From positions 10,452 through 74,451 of the forward strand of contig JBLINQ010000003.1 of NCBI GenBank assembly GCA_047639315.1: a stretch of 64,000 bases of DNA. Reading direction: 5' to 3'. Source of the DNA: Planctomycetota bacterium (GTDB lineage Bacteria > Planctomycetota > GCA-002687715 > DRQF01). Position numbers and translations under genes: made by a program. Positions 8,721 through 17,979 of the stretch are shown here, in pieces; the stretch's first letter is position 1; every line of letters starts with the position of its first letter. Below the pieces are notes generated by a model. That model was not told the origin of the DNA. It worked only from the letters and a program-made list of their open reading frames with translations, and did no database searches.

Positions 8721-9677
8721 CTAGCGTTCAATCCATTGCGTACCCGTGATCTCAATGCGAGTTGTCGGGCGACCGTTGTTGCCGACTTTTGTCTGGCTCA
8801 ACTTCCTCAAGACATCCAATCCACCAGTCAGCTTGCCAAAGACCGCTTGCTTGTTGTTCAACTCGGGTTGGTTGTGCAAGCAGATTGTGAACTGGCTACC
8901 GTGAGACATGCCGTTCGAGGTGGAACGCATCGAAACGGTTGAGCCGATGTGCAAGGCATCGCTGTATTCCATTGGCAGGTCATATCCCGGACCGCCAAGT
9001 CCCCAGGTATCTTCGTCCTTGTCTTTGTCTTTTGTGTTGGGACAACCGACATCCATACGCCGGAAACTAAGGAGCTTGTGAAAGCTCGAGCCAATGTAGA
9101 AGCCACTTTTGACCAGCTTCTTGAAGTTGGCTGTCGTCTTTGGCGCAGCATCGGTGTAGCAGTGGATCTCGAATGATCCGGTGCTTGTGTGAAAAATCGC
9201 TTTGCCGGTCGTGTCGATCACAGCGTGGGGTAACTTGACGACCTTGTAGCTCTTCCGCAGATCTAATTCGCTTTTGATGTCCATCAAAGCCTGGTCAACC
9301 ATGCTTGGTTTGTTGGCAAAGATCTGACGGCAAAGACCGTGTTTTGGGAACTTGCGCTTTAGATTTTCATTGTTGGTCTTGGCGTCTTCAAATCGATCGA
9401 GATTGAAGAGCAAGTTGCCGCGATAGAACAGCGCGAGGGGCTCGGCTGTGGTCTCAAGAATCTTGTTGCCAGAATTCTCTAGCTTAACCAGCAGTTCTCT
9501 TTCGTTCGGAGCTTTGGTGATCCGAATACGACCCCGCTGTGGGAATACGTTCTTGGGAAAGACTTTGTAGAGAGCATCCCAGCCTTCGCTATCTTTTTCG
9601 CTTTGAGCGAAAGAGATGTTCGTGGCGAACAGAGCAAGCAATCCGACCATGAATGTTGTTGTTATCTTCTTGATCAT
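8721..9677 (-). CDS. secreted cyclophilin-type peptidyl-prolyl cis-trans isomerase with N-terminal extra domain
   Basis: ATG at 9677 is preceded by GAGGA. The signal peptide is MIKKITTTFMVGLLALFATNISFAQS. Cyclophilin motifs are present: GGPGYDLPMEY, HGSQFTICL and VFGKLTGGLDVLRKL. Confidence 0.85.
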   Translation of the reverse strand: MIKKITTTFMVGLLALFATNISFAQSEKDSEGWDALYKVFPKNVFPQRGRIRITKAPNERELLVKLENSGNKILETTAEPLALFYRGNLLFNLDRFEDAKTNNENLKRKFPKHGLCRQIFANKPSMVDQALMDIKSELDLRKSYKVVKLPHAVIDTTGKAIFHTSTGSFEIHCYTDAAPKTTANFKKLVKSGFYIGSSFHKLLSFRRMDVGCPNTKDKDKDEDTWGLGGPGYDLPMEYSDALHIGSTVSMRSTSNGMSHGSQFTICLHNQPELNNKQAVFGKLTGGLDVLRKLSQTKVGNNGRPTTRIEITGTQWIER

Positions 9678-9688
9678 TTTGTGTGTCC

Positions 9689-11575
9689 TCAATTCGTGGC
9701 CTTAAAGCCAAATTGTTCTTTTAGTTCTTCAAAGCGGAAGCGACGAGGGAAACGCGCCTGACTAATTTGTTGAACTTGGCCTCGGGCTTGAATCAGATCA
9801 ACAGGTCCCATCGTGTTGAGCTCTGGGTCTCTCTTGTCGACGAGTCGCCCAATCATGTAGGAGCGTGTCAGGTGATCTTCAAGGATCATGCCGGTGACGC
9901 CGCCCTTCTCAAGGGCGCGAACTTGGTACGAGGCGCTCAAGAAAGCCATGCGGCTCTCGTTCGGATCCTGGATGCTTGACCGATCTTCTCGACTCACAGA
10001 GAACTCGAAGTAAGGTGTCACCAGCATCTTGACCTTACGGCGCTTCACGATCTCGGCGAAGATCTCTGGCAAGAGTGATTTGCGCAGCTTGTCTAGTGGC
10101 AAGCGAGTTCGACCTTTAGCCCGGGCTAACGCCCGCTTCTTGTCGTTCTCGTTGGCCAAGTTCATTTGAGCAATCTCTCGGTTTGCTGTTTCTTCAGCCT
10201 CTTTCTCGAGTCGAGCCTTTTCCGGCGCGATGAGTTCAGCAACTTTGGCATTCATTTCCTCCAGGAGGTTCTTGGCTTCCTCCCGTGCTAACTCACTGGA
10301 ACGAGCCTCCAGGTAGAAGTCGCGCACTTCATCAATCACGGTGTCGAGTTCTGGTAAGCGACTTTGCTCTTTTGCGCCTACGAAGTAGAAGAAGCGGCGG
10401 TCACCGACTACAGAGAGCTGTGTTGAAATTCTGCCCACGGGGGCGGCGAACAATTGCGAGAATGCGGGAATGCCGAATTCTTTGAGTTCGGCCATGGCTC
10501 CGCGGCGGTCCATCTTGTCGATCTTGTGGTATGCAAGGTTGTACTTCTTGGCGATTTGTTCGAGATCAGCCTTGGCTCCGGCCTGGCGCGCCTCTTTATG
10601 GGCATCCACGATCAGATGTTGGAGCGTCAATTTCTTGTAGATCTCGTCTTTGACTAAAGAGAAAGGGCTCACGAGATCTTCGATTTTCGTGTCGGCCTTC
10701 ACTTCCAAAAGGTGGCGCTGATCTGGTTTGATGGAGCCCATCATGCGCTTTTGGTTGGCTTTGAAATACGCGAGCGCTTGCTTGCGGGTGACTTTCTTTT
10801 CATTGCCCAAAGACGCTGTCATTTCCTTGGTGAAGTTGGCGGGGTCGAAATAAACGATGCCGCCACTCACGTTGGCTGGTAGGCGATAACGAGCAGCGGC
10901 GCTGCGGTCATCCTTCCAGAACTGTGCGAGGACTTCTTTGCTGACACCCTTGTCGGCAAGTTGTTGAACGTAGTCTTTGTTTTGGAAACAAGCGTACTCG
11001 AAGCGATATTGGAGCTTTCTGATCTTGAATTGGTCGAAAGCATCACGCGTTGTCGTACGGTTCGAATTGAACAGCAGGTTCTTGAGGTGGTTAATCTTCA
11101 AGCGGCAAGTTTCATAATACTCGCCGGATTCCGGTGAGACGCCAATGGCGTTCCATCTGCGAATCAATCCCTGATAAACCGCAGGGTTGTCACGTTGCAT
11201 GCGGTTCTCGAGTTCGATCGGCGGCACTTGGATGTCGAGAAAGTCAGCCCACGCATTGAGCAGGATGTGAACCCAGGCATCATCACTCCGAATCGGCCGG
11301 CGCGCTGATCCTTCCATTTGATTCAATAGCACCAAGAGATCGTAGTGCTCGCCTGCCGTCACTTTGATGGTTTCGCCATCAAGTTGATAGGTCCCGGCGA
11401 TCGCCTCAGGGTCAGTGGGCTCTGGAATGTTCTTTATCAAAGCCCGTTTCGCTTCGTTGGCGTCGGTTTGTTCGCGTTCGGCTGGGGTCTGGCCCCAGGC
11501 GCCTACGGGAAGAGCGGCGGCCATAAGGGCCACTATAAGCGCGGGTAGCATAAGTCGCTTCATCTGAGCTTTCAT
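9689..11575 (-). CDS. secreted protein of unknown function (possibly a periplasmic chaperone partner of the downstream PPIase)
   Basis: This is a 628-aa ORF with signal peptide MKAQMKRLMLPALIVALMAAALPVGAWG. Its stop lies 11 nt from the PPIase start. I recognised no parvulin motif. Confidence 0.65.
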   Translation of the reverse strand: MKAQMKRLMLPALIVALMAAALPVGAWGQTPAEREQTDANEAKRALIKNIPEPTDPEAIAGTYQLDGETIKVTAGEHYDLLVLLNQMEGSARRPIRSDDAWVHILLNAWADFLDIQVPPIELENRMQRDNPAVYQGLIRRWNAIGVSPESGEYYETCRLKINHLKNLLFNSNRTTTRDAFDQFKIRKLQYRFEYACFQNKDYVQQLADKGVSKEVLAQFWKDDRSAAARYRLPANVSGGIVYFDPANFTKEMTASLGNEKKVTRKQALAYFKANQKRMMGSIKPDQRHLLEVKADTKIEDLVSPFSLVKDEIYKKLTLQHLIVDAHKEARQAGAKADLEQIAKKYNLAYHKIDKMDRRGAMAELKEFGIPAFSQLFAAPVGRISTQLSVVGDRRFFYFVGAKEQSRLPELDTVIDEVRDFYLEARSSELAREEAKNLLEEMNAKVAELIAPEKARLEKEAEETANREIAQMNLANENDKKRALARAKGRTRLPLDKLRKSLLPEIFAEIVKRRKVKMLVTPYFEFSVSREDRSSIQDPNESRMAFLSASYQVRALEKGGVTGMILEDHLTRSYMIGRLVDKRDPELNTMGPVDLIQARGQVQQISQARFPRRFRFEELKEQFGFKATN

Positions 11576-11954
11576 TCGGTCAACATCCTCTATGTAGTCA
11601 AGGAGTACTGGGTCTTAGTCCAGGCTCTGTTCTGGAAAATCTGGTTTTCGCGGCCAAAATAGGCCCGACTGTTTGTGCTGCAGACGGCACCGCGAAAGGT
11701 CCAGATCCCACAAGTGTGAGATACCTTATCGTGGGTCGTCGCCGAAATCGACATTTGACGGGCGATCATTGATCCCGAATGACAGTTCTCGACCAAGCAG
11801 GGGTAAGTTCTTCAGCAAACAGGGCTCACAAATCACTATAGATTGTTAACTTGGCTGCCCAGAATAGCCCCTCATGGTGAGCGGACCACCCTTGTGGCTA
11901 TGTCTGAAGTGAATATCTCCCTCTGACACCGTCAGCGAGGAGATTCTGACGTTT

Positions 11955-12233
11955 TTGTCGTCATTTGACCAACGCAGAAGATTTCATAACCGGAATTTTG
12001 CTGATCCTGGTATGCTTGTCGATTACCCGCTGAGTCCCGCGAATCAGTTTTCTCAAGGACCCCGCTCCAGTGAATTTTGGAGTTCGGCAGCGAAAATTGC
12101 TCGCCTGAAAACGTCTGACGACGTACTGAAGGTCGAGTACCGCGACTTTTTTTTGCGCCCGTATATGAATGAAAATCGTCCTCTCGTGACTGCCGACCAT
12201 GGTGTCGATAGTTACGTAGACCAGACTATATAA
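11955..12233 (+). CDS. candidate small ORF (92 aa from TTG, or 74 aa from ATG 12010) in an otherwise empty intergenic region
   Basis: It is the only + strand ORF upstream of the strong terminator at 12289-12329. GAGGAG lies at 11937-11942. There is no recognisable family and the coding signal is weak. Confidence 0.25.
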   Translation: MSSFDQRRRFHNRNFADPGMLVDYPLSPANQFSQGPRSSEFWSSAAKIARLKTSDDVLKVEYRDFFLRPYMNENRPLVTADHGVDSYVDQTI

Positions 12234-12288
12234 AGGTTTACCTAGTCCACGGCTTTCCACTTTCTCAGTTGACCGGGTAGACTTCTTC

Positions 12289-12329
12289 GACGGCACCGAG
12301 CCCCTTCTCTCGGTGCCGTCACTTTTTTT
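12289..12329 (+). terminator. rho-independent terminator
   Basis: A perfect 12-bp stem GACGGCACCGAG / CTCGGTGCCGTC with an 8-nt loop is followed by ACTTTTTTT. Confidence 0.75.
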
Positions 12330-12411
12330 CCCTCGATGAAACTTTATTCAGGCCCTACCGAATTTCAGGATCAGCCGCCGACTTCCGATATATGGCGTAG
12401 GACTCCCAAGT

Positions 12412-13593
12412 ATGGTCTTGGAGTCACGCGGTAGTTGGTTCGGGAGCAACGAGGTCATGATTCGAATTCTCAAGCGGATGCGAAACCATTCACGCCTAGG
12501 AAGTCTCAGGCGTAGAGCAGAGGTGGACCCGCTGCCACGATCCTATGTCGAGTTGTGCCGAGCACACTTGAGCCACGGTAATGTCTCCAGTGCATTAGAC
12601 GCCGCCCGGGTCGGCCTGGACAAGTTTCCACACAGTGAAGATCTGAGAGATTTGATGCGCCACTCTTGGCGCCAGACCAAATCGAAGGAGATCGACAATC
12701 TCCGCCGTGTGCTGCAAGAGACATCGGAGTCCAAACCCTTCGGCGAACTCATCGAGATCTATCTGGAATGCGAAGAATACGATGAAGCCCTCGTGGTCGC
12801 TGAAGAGTTGACCCGTCGGCGACCTGACGTTCCCGATGGTCAGGCTATGATGGCCGATATCTTGCTTCGCCGATTCTATAAAGATCATGTGGCAAGCGAC
12901 GCGAAACGCTCGATCGCGCTCTTGTTGAGAGTGCTCGAATCTGAAGAATCCAACTTTCAGGCCAACTTCTTGTTGGCTCAAATCTACCGCTACATTGGGG
13001 CGATCTCGAAGTCACTGTTCCACCTTTACCGAGCACTTGATGTCGAGCCAGAACACGAAGAAGCGCGTCGCCTCTATGACCACCTGATAAACCTTCCTCT
13101 TGAAAAAGATGGGGAAAACGAACTGCTGCGGCAGGTCGAAGAGAATGAAGCATCTCTCATCAGTGGTAACGGCGCTGCGAAGCGTAAAGACGGAACCATT
13201 TCGACAACCAGGAAGTCAGCCTTGATCCAGGATCTTGGTCGCTTCAGTCAATTGAATAGCGTGACACGCGCAGCCTTCTTGAGCGACGAATTCGTGATTA
13301 TCGCCAAGACCGGTGATTGCCGCGAACTTGGCAATGACGAAGAAGACGACCTTTGCGAGATGGCCAGGATATTCCGCTCGGCAGCAGCGATCAGCGCCAA
13401 GCGGATGGGCATCGGTGCTTTTCAAACATCGATCCTTTCGGCAGGGAAGAAGAGCCTTCAGTTCCATGCCGTCGGCCGGACCGTTTTATTAGTCGAATCA
13501 GATGATCCCACTCGAAGCGACGTGATCAAACAAGAATGCGTTGATTTTGTCGCCTCGTGCATGAGGATTTCCCGGGAGTTGACTCATGCGTGA
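12412..13593 (+). CDS. TPR-like N-terminal domain fused to a C-terminal Roadblock/LC7 (MglB-like) domain
   Basis: The helical repeat region includes EIYLECEEYDEALVVAEEL and AQIYRYIGAISKSLFHLYRAL. The C-terminus VTRAAFLSDEFVIIAKTGD ... LQFHAVGRTVLLVESDD fits the Roadblock pattern. The start is uncertain (ATG 12412 or 12457). Confidence 0.65.
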   Translation: MVLESRGSWFGSNEVMIRILKRMRNHSRLGSLRRRAEVDPLPRSYVELCRAHLSHGNVSSALDAARVGLDKFPHSEDLRDLMRHSWRQTKSKEIDNLRRVLQETSESKPFGELIEIYLECEEYDEALVVAEELTRRRPDVPDGQAMMADILLRRFYKDHVASDAKRSIALLLRVLESEESNFQANFLLAQIYRYIGAISKSLFHLYRALDVEPEHEEARRLYDHLINLPLEKDGENELLRQVEENEASLISGNGAAKRKDGTISTTRKSALIQDLGRFSQLNSVTRAAFLSDEFVIIAKTGDCRELGNDEEDDLCEMARIFRSAAAISAKRMGIGAFQTSILSAGKKSLQFHAVGRTVLLVESDDPTRSDVIKQECVDFVASCMRISRELTHA

Positions 13594-13939
13594 AGTACTT
13601 CAGAAACTCAATACGCTCGCAGGGATCAAGGGTAGCTTGGTCGTGACATCTGACGGCATTGTCGTCACCAGTGAACTCTCCAACGAACTCGACGAGGATA
13701 CGACGGCCGCACTTGTTGGCAACGTTGTGACTCAAACGATTCGCATGTTGGAAATTGGCAAATACGACGACATGGACCGCATGGTGCTAACTGCATCCCG
13801 GGGCAAGATCGTCATTGAGAACTTAGGCAACTGCCATCTCGTGGTTGTCACAAATCAATTCATCAACATTGATTTGACTTTACTTGAAATAACCAGCGCC
13901 GCTTCGAAGCTCAGAGGGCTTGGCAAATTGACAGTTTGA
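13586..13939 (+). CDS. Roadblock/LC7 domain protein (MglB/MglC-like)
   Basis: The 117-aa sequence LAGIKGSLVVTSDGIVVTSE ... MVLTASRGKIVIENLGNCHLVVVTN is a typical Roadblock domain. GGGAG lies 8 nt upstream, and there is an 8-nt overlap with the previous gene. Confidence 0.85.
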   Translation: MREVLQKLNTLAGIKGSLVVTSDGIVVTSELSNELDEDTTAALVGNVVTQTIRMLEIGKYDDMDRMVLTASRGKIVIENLGNCHLVVVTNQFINIDLTLLEITSAASKLRGLGKLTV

Positions 13940-13997
13940 CTGTCTTTCAATGACCGGCCCGCTGGCCCAGTAAATTATAGAAACGAGGACCAAGACG

Positions 13998-15281
13998 ATG
14001 GTTCAACTAAATTTGGCTCTGCGCGAGATTAACTGCAAAGTTGTTTACTTTGGGTGTGGTCTTGGCGGAAAAACGACAAACCTCGAAATCGTGCACCAAA
14101 AGGCTGCTCCGGACAGTCGGGGTGATTTGACGTCCATTGCAACCGAATCCGATCGGACTCTGTTCTTTGACTTCATGCCTCTGGACTTAGGCGAAGTCAG
14201 CGGCATGCGGATCAAGTTTCAGTTGTATACTGTTCCTGGACAGGTTTACTACAACTCGACACGAAAACTCGTGCTCCGAGGAGCTGACGGCGTCATCTTT
14301 ATTGCCGACTCTCAAGCATCCAAACTCGAAGAGAATATTGAGTCGATCGACAATCTCGAAGAGTGCTTGAAGGAACAAGGTCGGTCACTTGACGAAATGC
14401 CGCATGTCATCCAGTTTAACAAACGCGATCTTGATGACGTTCTGACGATGGACGAGTTAGAGAGACAACTCAATCGTTATGGTGCCACATGTAATGGTGC
14501 GACGGCATCAACTGGCGAAGGAGTCTTAGAGACCTTCAAGGCACTGGCAGCTATGATGCTGGACAAGATCAAGGCGATGTCGACGGAAAGTAGCGCCAAG
14601 ATTGGCAATGCAACGTCGTCCATGGCCAGTGTTAAACCTAATCCTGCCCCGACGAAAGAGGAGAGGGATTCTCAAAGGCTGCAAGGCGGAATTGCCTCGA
14701 CTCCAGAGAAGCCGCAACGGCAAGTTCAGTTAGGCAACAAACCAACCACAACCACGACGGGCCAGGTTGCTCGCCCAGCGGGGTTTGAATCGAATACGTT
14801 TTCGACACCACCTCAGACCGCTCCTGCTGACAGGCCATTGCCGGCTATGCGGCCAGCGGCTCATGCATCGGTGCCTCCGGAACCAATGGTAAAGCCCAGT
14901 CCCGTAGAGGCGCCGTCTCTTGATTCATTGCGAATGACAAGCACCTCATCCGCGCCTGCGCAGCAGGCACAAGCCATGGCGCCGGAGCCCAGCCAGAATG
15001 CTGTCTCGACGATTACGGAAGTCGAAACAAAACCAGATCCTATGGAAGTGATTTCGGAGCCCAAGGTGAGACCCTCGGTACGAGAGTCCCGGCCTTCTCC
15101 GGCGCCTCGCCGTGTCCGACCAGGTTCCACACAAGGAGCCATCGAGGTCTTGGGCGCAGGGCTCATGATTTCCTCGTCCTCGCGTCGGCGCCGTAACGGC
15201 AATGGCAAGCTCTATTGGGTGCTGGGATTCCTGCTCCTTGGTGCTTCCGCTGCAACGGCTTGGCACTTCTTCCTTAGATAA
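13998..15281 (+). CDS. mglA: MglA-type Ras-like GTPase with ~230-aa low-complexity C-terminal extension and terminal TM helix
   Basis: The first ~195 aa closely resemble Myxococcus MglA as I recall it: the P-loop GCGLGGKTT, the Arg-finger region DRTLFFDFMPL, the MglA-specific G3 YTVPGQVYY and G4 NKRD. A P/S/T/A-rich region follows, ending in RRRRNGNGKLYWVLGFLLLGASAATAWHFF. Confidence 0.9.
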   Translation: MVQLNLALREINCKVVYFGCGLGGKTTNLEIVHQKAAPDSRGDLTSIATESDRTLFFDFMPLDLGEVSGMRIKFQLYTVPGQVYYNSTRKLVLRGADGVIFIADSQASKLEENIESIDNLEECLKEQGRSLDEMPHVIQFNKRDLDDVLTMDELERQLNRYGATCNGATASTGEGVLETFKALAAMMLDKIKAMSTESSAKIGNATSSMASVKPNPAPTKEERDSQRLQGGIASTPEKPQRQVQLGNKPTTTTTGQVARPAGFESNTFSTPPQTAPADRPLPAMRPAAHASVPPEPMVKPSPVEAPSLDSLRMTSTSSAPAQQAQAMAPEPSQNAVSTITEVETKPDPMEVISEPKVRPSVRESRPSPAPRRVRPGSTQGAIEVLGAGLMISSSSRRRRNGNGKLYWVLGFLLLGASAATAWHFFLR

Positions 15282-15309
15282 GACCGCGTTCCCGAAAGGA
15301 CTGATACCG

Positions 15310-15816
15310 ATGGACGACAGCAAGAAACTCAAAGACAACCGCATGATCTTCTACGAAGATGATATTGCGGACATGGTCAAGATCCTCAAAGAATTAAACA
15401 GCATGTCTGGAGCGAAATGCTCCCTCCTGATCGACAAGGAAGGACATATGGTTGCGCGCGAAGGGGCTGTCCGCTCCTTCGACACCGACTCACTGTCAGC
15501 TCTTGTGGCTGGATCATTTGCAGCCACTCGCGAAATGGCGCGAATGGTCGGAGAAGATGAATTTACGGTGATGTTTCATCAAGGCCAGAGAGACAACCTT
15601 CAGCTGACTCTGATCGATGACCGGACAATTCTAACCGTCATTTTTGACGATCAGACCCAACTAGGAATGATCCGTCTCTATACCGCCGAAGCAGCCAAAA
15701 AACTCAGCGAATTGTTTATCAAGCAGAGCAAGAAGGGCGATCGTGCCGGTATCGAACTCGACAATGATTTCGCTACCGCAGGGAAGGCCAATCTCGACGA
15801 CGTATTTGGCGTCTGA
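15310..15816 (+). CDS. mglB: MglB (Roadblock/LC7 GTPase-activating protein of MglA)
   Basis: ATG at 15310. SLLIDKEGHMVAREG ... DSLSALVAGSFAATREMARMVGEDEFTVMFHQGQRDNLQLTLIDDRTILTVIFDDQTQLGMIRLY parallels Myxococcus MglB, including the acidic C-terminal tail ending in NLDDVFG. Confidence 0.85.
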   Translation: MDDSKKLKDNRMIFYEDDIADMVKILKELNSMSGAKCSLLIDKEGHMVAREGAVRSFDTDSLSALVAGSFAATREMARMVGEDEFTVMFHQGQRDNLQLTLIDDRTILTVIFDDQTQLGMIRLYTAEAAKKLSELFIKQSKKGDRAGIELDNDFATAGKANLDDVFGV

Positions 15817-15907
15817 TTCTACCCTTCCTGACCACACCATTTACGGCTATCTTCTAAAGAAGGGTCGCACTCTGTTTGTGCGACCAATTTTGGGAGGAGG
15901 CCTGGTT

Positions 15908-16372
15908 GTGGATCAGTCTGCGCGCATCATCGAAATCGTCGGGTCGGTTGGCAAGCTCGGTGTCCGTTTTCCGATTTTGCTCACTTTACTCCGTCTTCGG
16001 CGGGCAGATATTGAGTTTGACCAAGAATGCCGCCAACTCATCGGTCGGTCGATGGAGATTGATCCCTCCGAAATCCTCAAAGTCGCTGACTGGGTTAACT
16101 CGTTAGGCAAGCCAGGCGAGAATTCGGTCATTCATCGTTGTGTCAGCATCAGCTGCACCAGCAACGGCGCCCAGGAACTTTGGGACCTCATCGAACCGGA
16201 ATTCCAAGATCTCGAACTTATCCCCGCGGTCCAATCCGTCCTTTGTCTAGCCCGTTGTGGCATGGGACCATGCATGGCCCGTGACGAAAGTATCTATCTG
16301 GGCCAAAATGAGGATATCCACGTGGATGATCGGCCTTGGCGAGAAGCGCCGGTGGACCAAGGCCAGTCGTAA
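15908..16372 (+). CDS. hypothetical Cys-rich protein
   Basis: GTG at 15908 is preceded by the strong RBS GGGAGGAGG (15892-15900). The tracked ORF start at 15743 would overlap mglB. Cys motifs are RCVSISC and CLARCGMGPC. The family is not recognised and the start is uncertain. Confidence 0.45.
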   Translation: MDQSARIIEIVGSVGKLGVRFPILLTLLRLRRADIEFDQECRQLIGRSMEIDPSEILKVADWVNSLGKPGENSVIHRCVSISCTSNGAQELWDLIEPEFQDLELIPAVQSVLCLARCGMGPCMARDESIYLGQNEDIHVDDRPWREAPVDQGQS

Positions 16373-16411
16373 GTTCGGCACAGCGCGCTTCAAAAGGAGT
16401 GGATCGAGGGT

Positions 16412-16990
16412 ATGGACGAGTGGGATCTTCTTGAAGCGAAGGACGGTGCGGCGGAAGCGTACGAGGAAATCGTCCAACGCCATTATCAGTCGGCATTCCA
16501 ATTTGCCCGCCAAATACTCTCGGATGCCCAGCACGCCGAAGACGTCGTCCAAAAAGCATTCGTCAATATTTATGTCACGCGTGAGCGCTGCCAGCGTCGC
16601 GCCAAGTTTAAGACCTTTCTTTTCAGGGTCGTATCAAACTTGGCGATCAATGAGCTCAATCGCAAACGCCCGGTCGCTTCGGTCAGTGAAGTCATGCCTG
16701 ACAATCGGGAAGGAGGCGCGTTCTCCTTCTCTGACCCAGATTCGATCCGACCAGAAGCGGCTCTCGAGTCTGCAGAATTGGGGCAAATGATCGAGGCAGC
16801 ACTGCAACAACTACCCCCGCGCCATCGAGCAGCATTGTATTTGCGCGAATATCAGCAGATGCCTTATGCTGGGATTTCCGAGGTCTTAGACGCTTCCCTG
16901 AACGAAGTGAAGATCTGGATTCATCGTGGCCGAGGAGCCCTCCAGAAGATTCTGAAACCCTATTTAGATCGGGGCGAGAGCATTTCATGA
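16412..16990 (+). CDS. ECF (group 4) RNA polymerase sigma-70 factor
   Basis: Region 2 (AEDVVQKAFVNIY, FKTFLFRVVSNLAINE) and the region 4 HTH (MPYAGISEVLDASLNEVKIWIHRGRGAL) are present. GAGGG RBS. Confidence 0.9.
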   Translation: MDEWDLLEAKDGAAEAYEEIVQRHYQSAFQFARQILSDAQHAEDVVQKAFVNIYVTRERCQRRAKFKTFLFRVVSNLAINELNRKRPVASVSEVMPDNREGGAFSFSDPDSIRPEAALESAELGQMIEAALQQLPPRHRAALYLREYQQMPYAGISEVLDASLNEVKIWIHRGRGALQKILKPYLDRGESIS

Positions 16991-17979
16991 GCACCGACGA
17001 GAAAGACATTCAACTGGGCCTCTACTTGGATGGAGAGCTGCCGCCTGACGATCTTGCTGCCCTCGAAGGGGAGCTGGCGACTTCTCCTGACTTGAGAGAC
17101 CGACTGGAACGGCTCAAGCGTGCCAGCAAAGAACTGCAAAACTTCTACACCGATTCGCAAATGATTGACTCCCCAAACGAAACCGAGAAGGACATTGTCA
17201 TAGAACGAATCGTTCGGGAGAGCACCATGCAAGGCAGGCGGAGCGCGATAAACCGTAAAAACGGGCGGAGACCATCGTTTATTCTGATGACGACAGTCGG
17301 AATTACTGTCATTGCCGCCCTATTCTTGGGTTTCAGGACTTGGATGGGCGGCGAGCCAGAGGCGTCGAAGCTGATCGAAGGGGCTCGGAAAGAGCTCTCT
17401 TCAGGATATTTTGAAGCCGACGTCAAAATGCCGAGTCTTATGGCAGTCATCCAGGCTCTGAGCAGTGCCGCGAACCAGGATATTCTCAATGCAGCGTGTC
17501 GCTTGAGAAAAGGGCCCGACGGCATTTTCAATCTCCAGATCAAGGATAAAGATAAGGACGAGGAAGTCGCACAAATGGGATTTGACGGCGTGCAAGGTTA
17601 CTTATGGCGCAATGGCGACACCTCGGTCGAACTCCTGACTCTCGAAGAAATCAAAGCAAACCCTTACGTCAATGCAGCATTCTCAAGTTGGGAATTAGTT
17701 CGAGCCGCCCTCGAAGAAGGCATCGATCACCCTGATGCTCTGAACTTAGTTGGTAAGGTGAAAGACGCCGCTGCCGGCAGCGAGCAGCTTTGGAAGGTGC
17801 GCCTTTCTGGTCCGAGCACCAGTGGCCGCGCTAAATACTGGTTTGATGACGAAGGCCAATTGCGGCGGATCGAAGCCGCCGGGGTTCAGTTTGACGTCAA
17901 TCCGAAAGCCAAATTGACGAAGAAGGACTTTGAGATCAGCACAGTCCTTCCAGGGAAATCGATCAAGAGAGACCTATGA
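16987..17979 (+). CDS. membrane-spanning anti-sigma factor with periplasmic domain
   Basis: There is a 4-nt overlap with the sigma gene. The N-terminus LYLDGELPPDDLAALEGELATSPDLRDRLERL is typical of an anti-sigma N-terminal helix. It has one TM helix (FILMTTVGITVIAALFLGF) and a ~210-aa external domain. Confidence 0.7.
   Translation: MSTDEKDIQLGLYLDGELPPDDLAALEGELATSPDLRDRLERLKRASKELQNFYTDSQMIDSPNETEKDIVIERIVRESTMQGRRSAINRKNGRRPSFILMTTVGITVIAALFLGFRTWMGGEPEASKLIEGARKELSSGYFEADVKMPSLMAVIQALSSAANQDILNAACRLRKGPDGIFNLQIKDKDKDEEVAQMGFDGVQGYLWRNGDTSVELLTLEEIKANPYVNAAFSSWELVRAALEEGIDHPDALNLVGKVKDAAAGSEQLWKVRLSGPSTSGRAKYWFDDEGQLRRIEAAGVQFDVNPKAKLTKKDFEISTVLPGKSIKRDL

Noticed and set aside
11576-12411. 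Tested by eye for tmRNA, RNase P RNA, SRP RNA or tRNA in the large intergenic region
   Set aside because: I found none of the conserved landmarks: the tmRNA 3' T-arm/CCA end, the RNase P GAAAGUCCGG box, the SRP GGAA-containing apical motif or a tRNA cloverleaf. The region is kept only as an unexplained transcript unit.
15743-15907. N-terminal extension of the tracked ORF 15743-16372
   Set aside because: It overlaps the 3' end of mglB in another frame. A strong GGGAGGAGG RBS precedes an internal GTG at 15908.
16174-16200. GGAACTT inside the Cys-rich ORF as an ECF -35 for the second sigma gene
   Set aside because: No convincing -10 lies at 16-17 nt spacing, and the motif is 240 nt from the sigma start inside coding sequence. 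A chance occurrence is likely.
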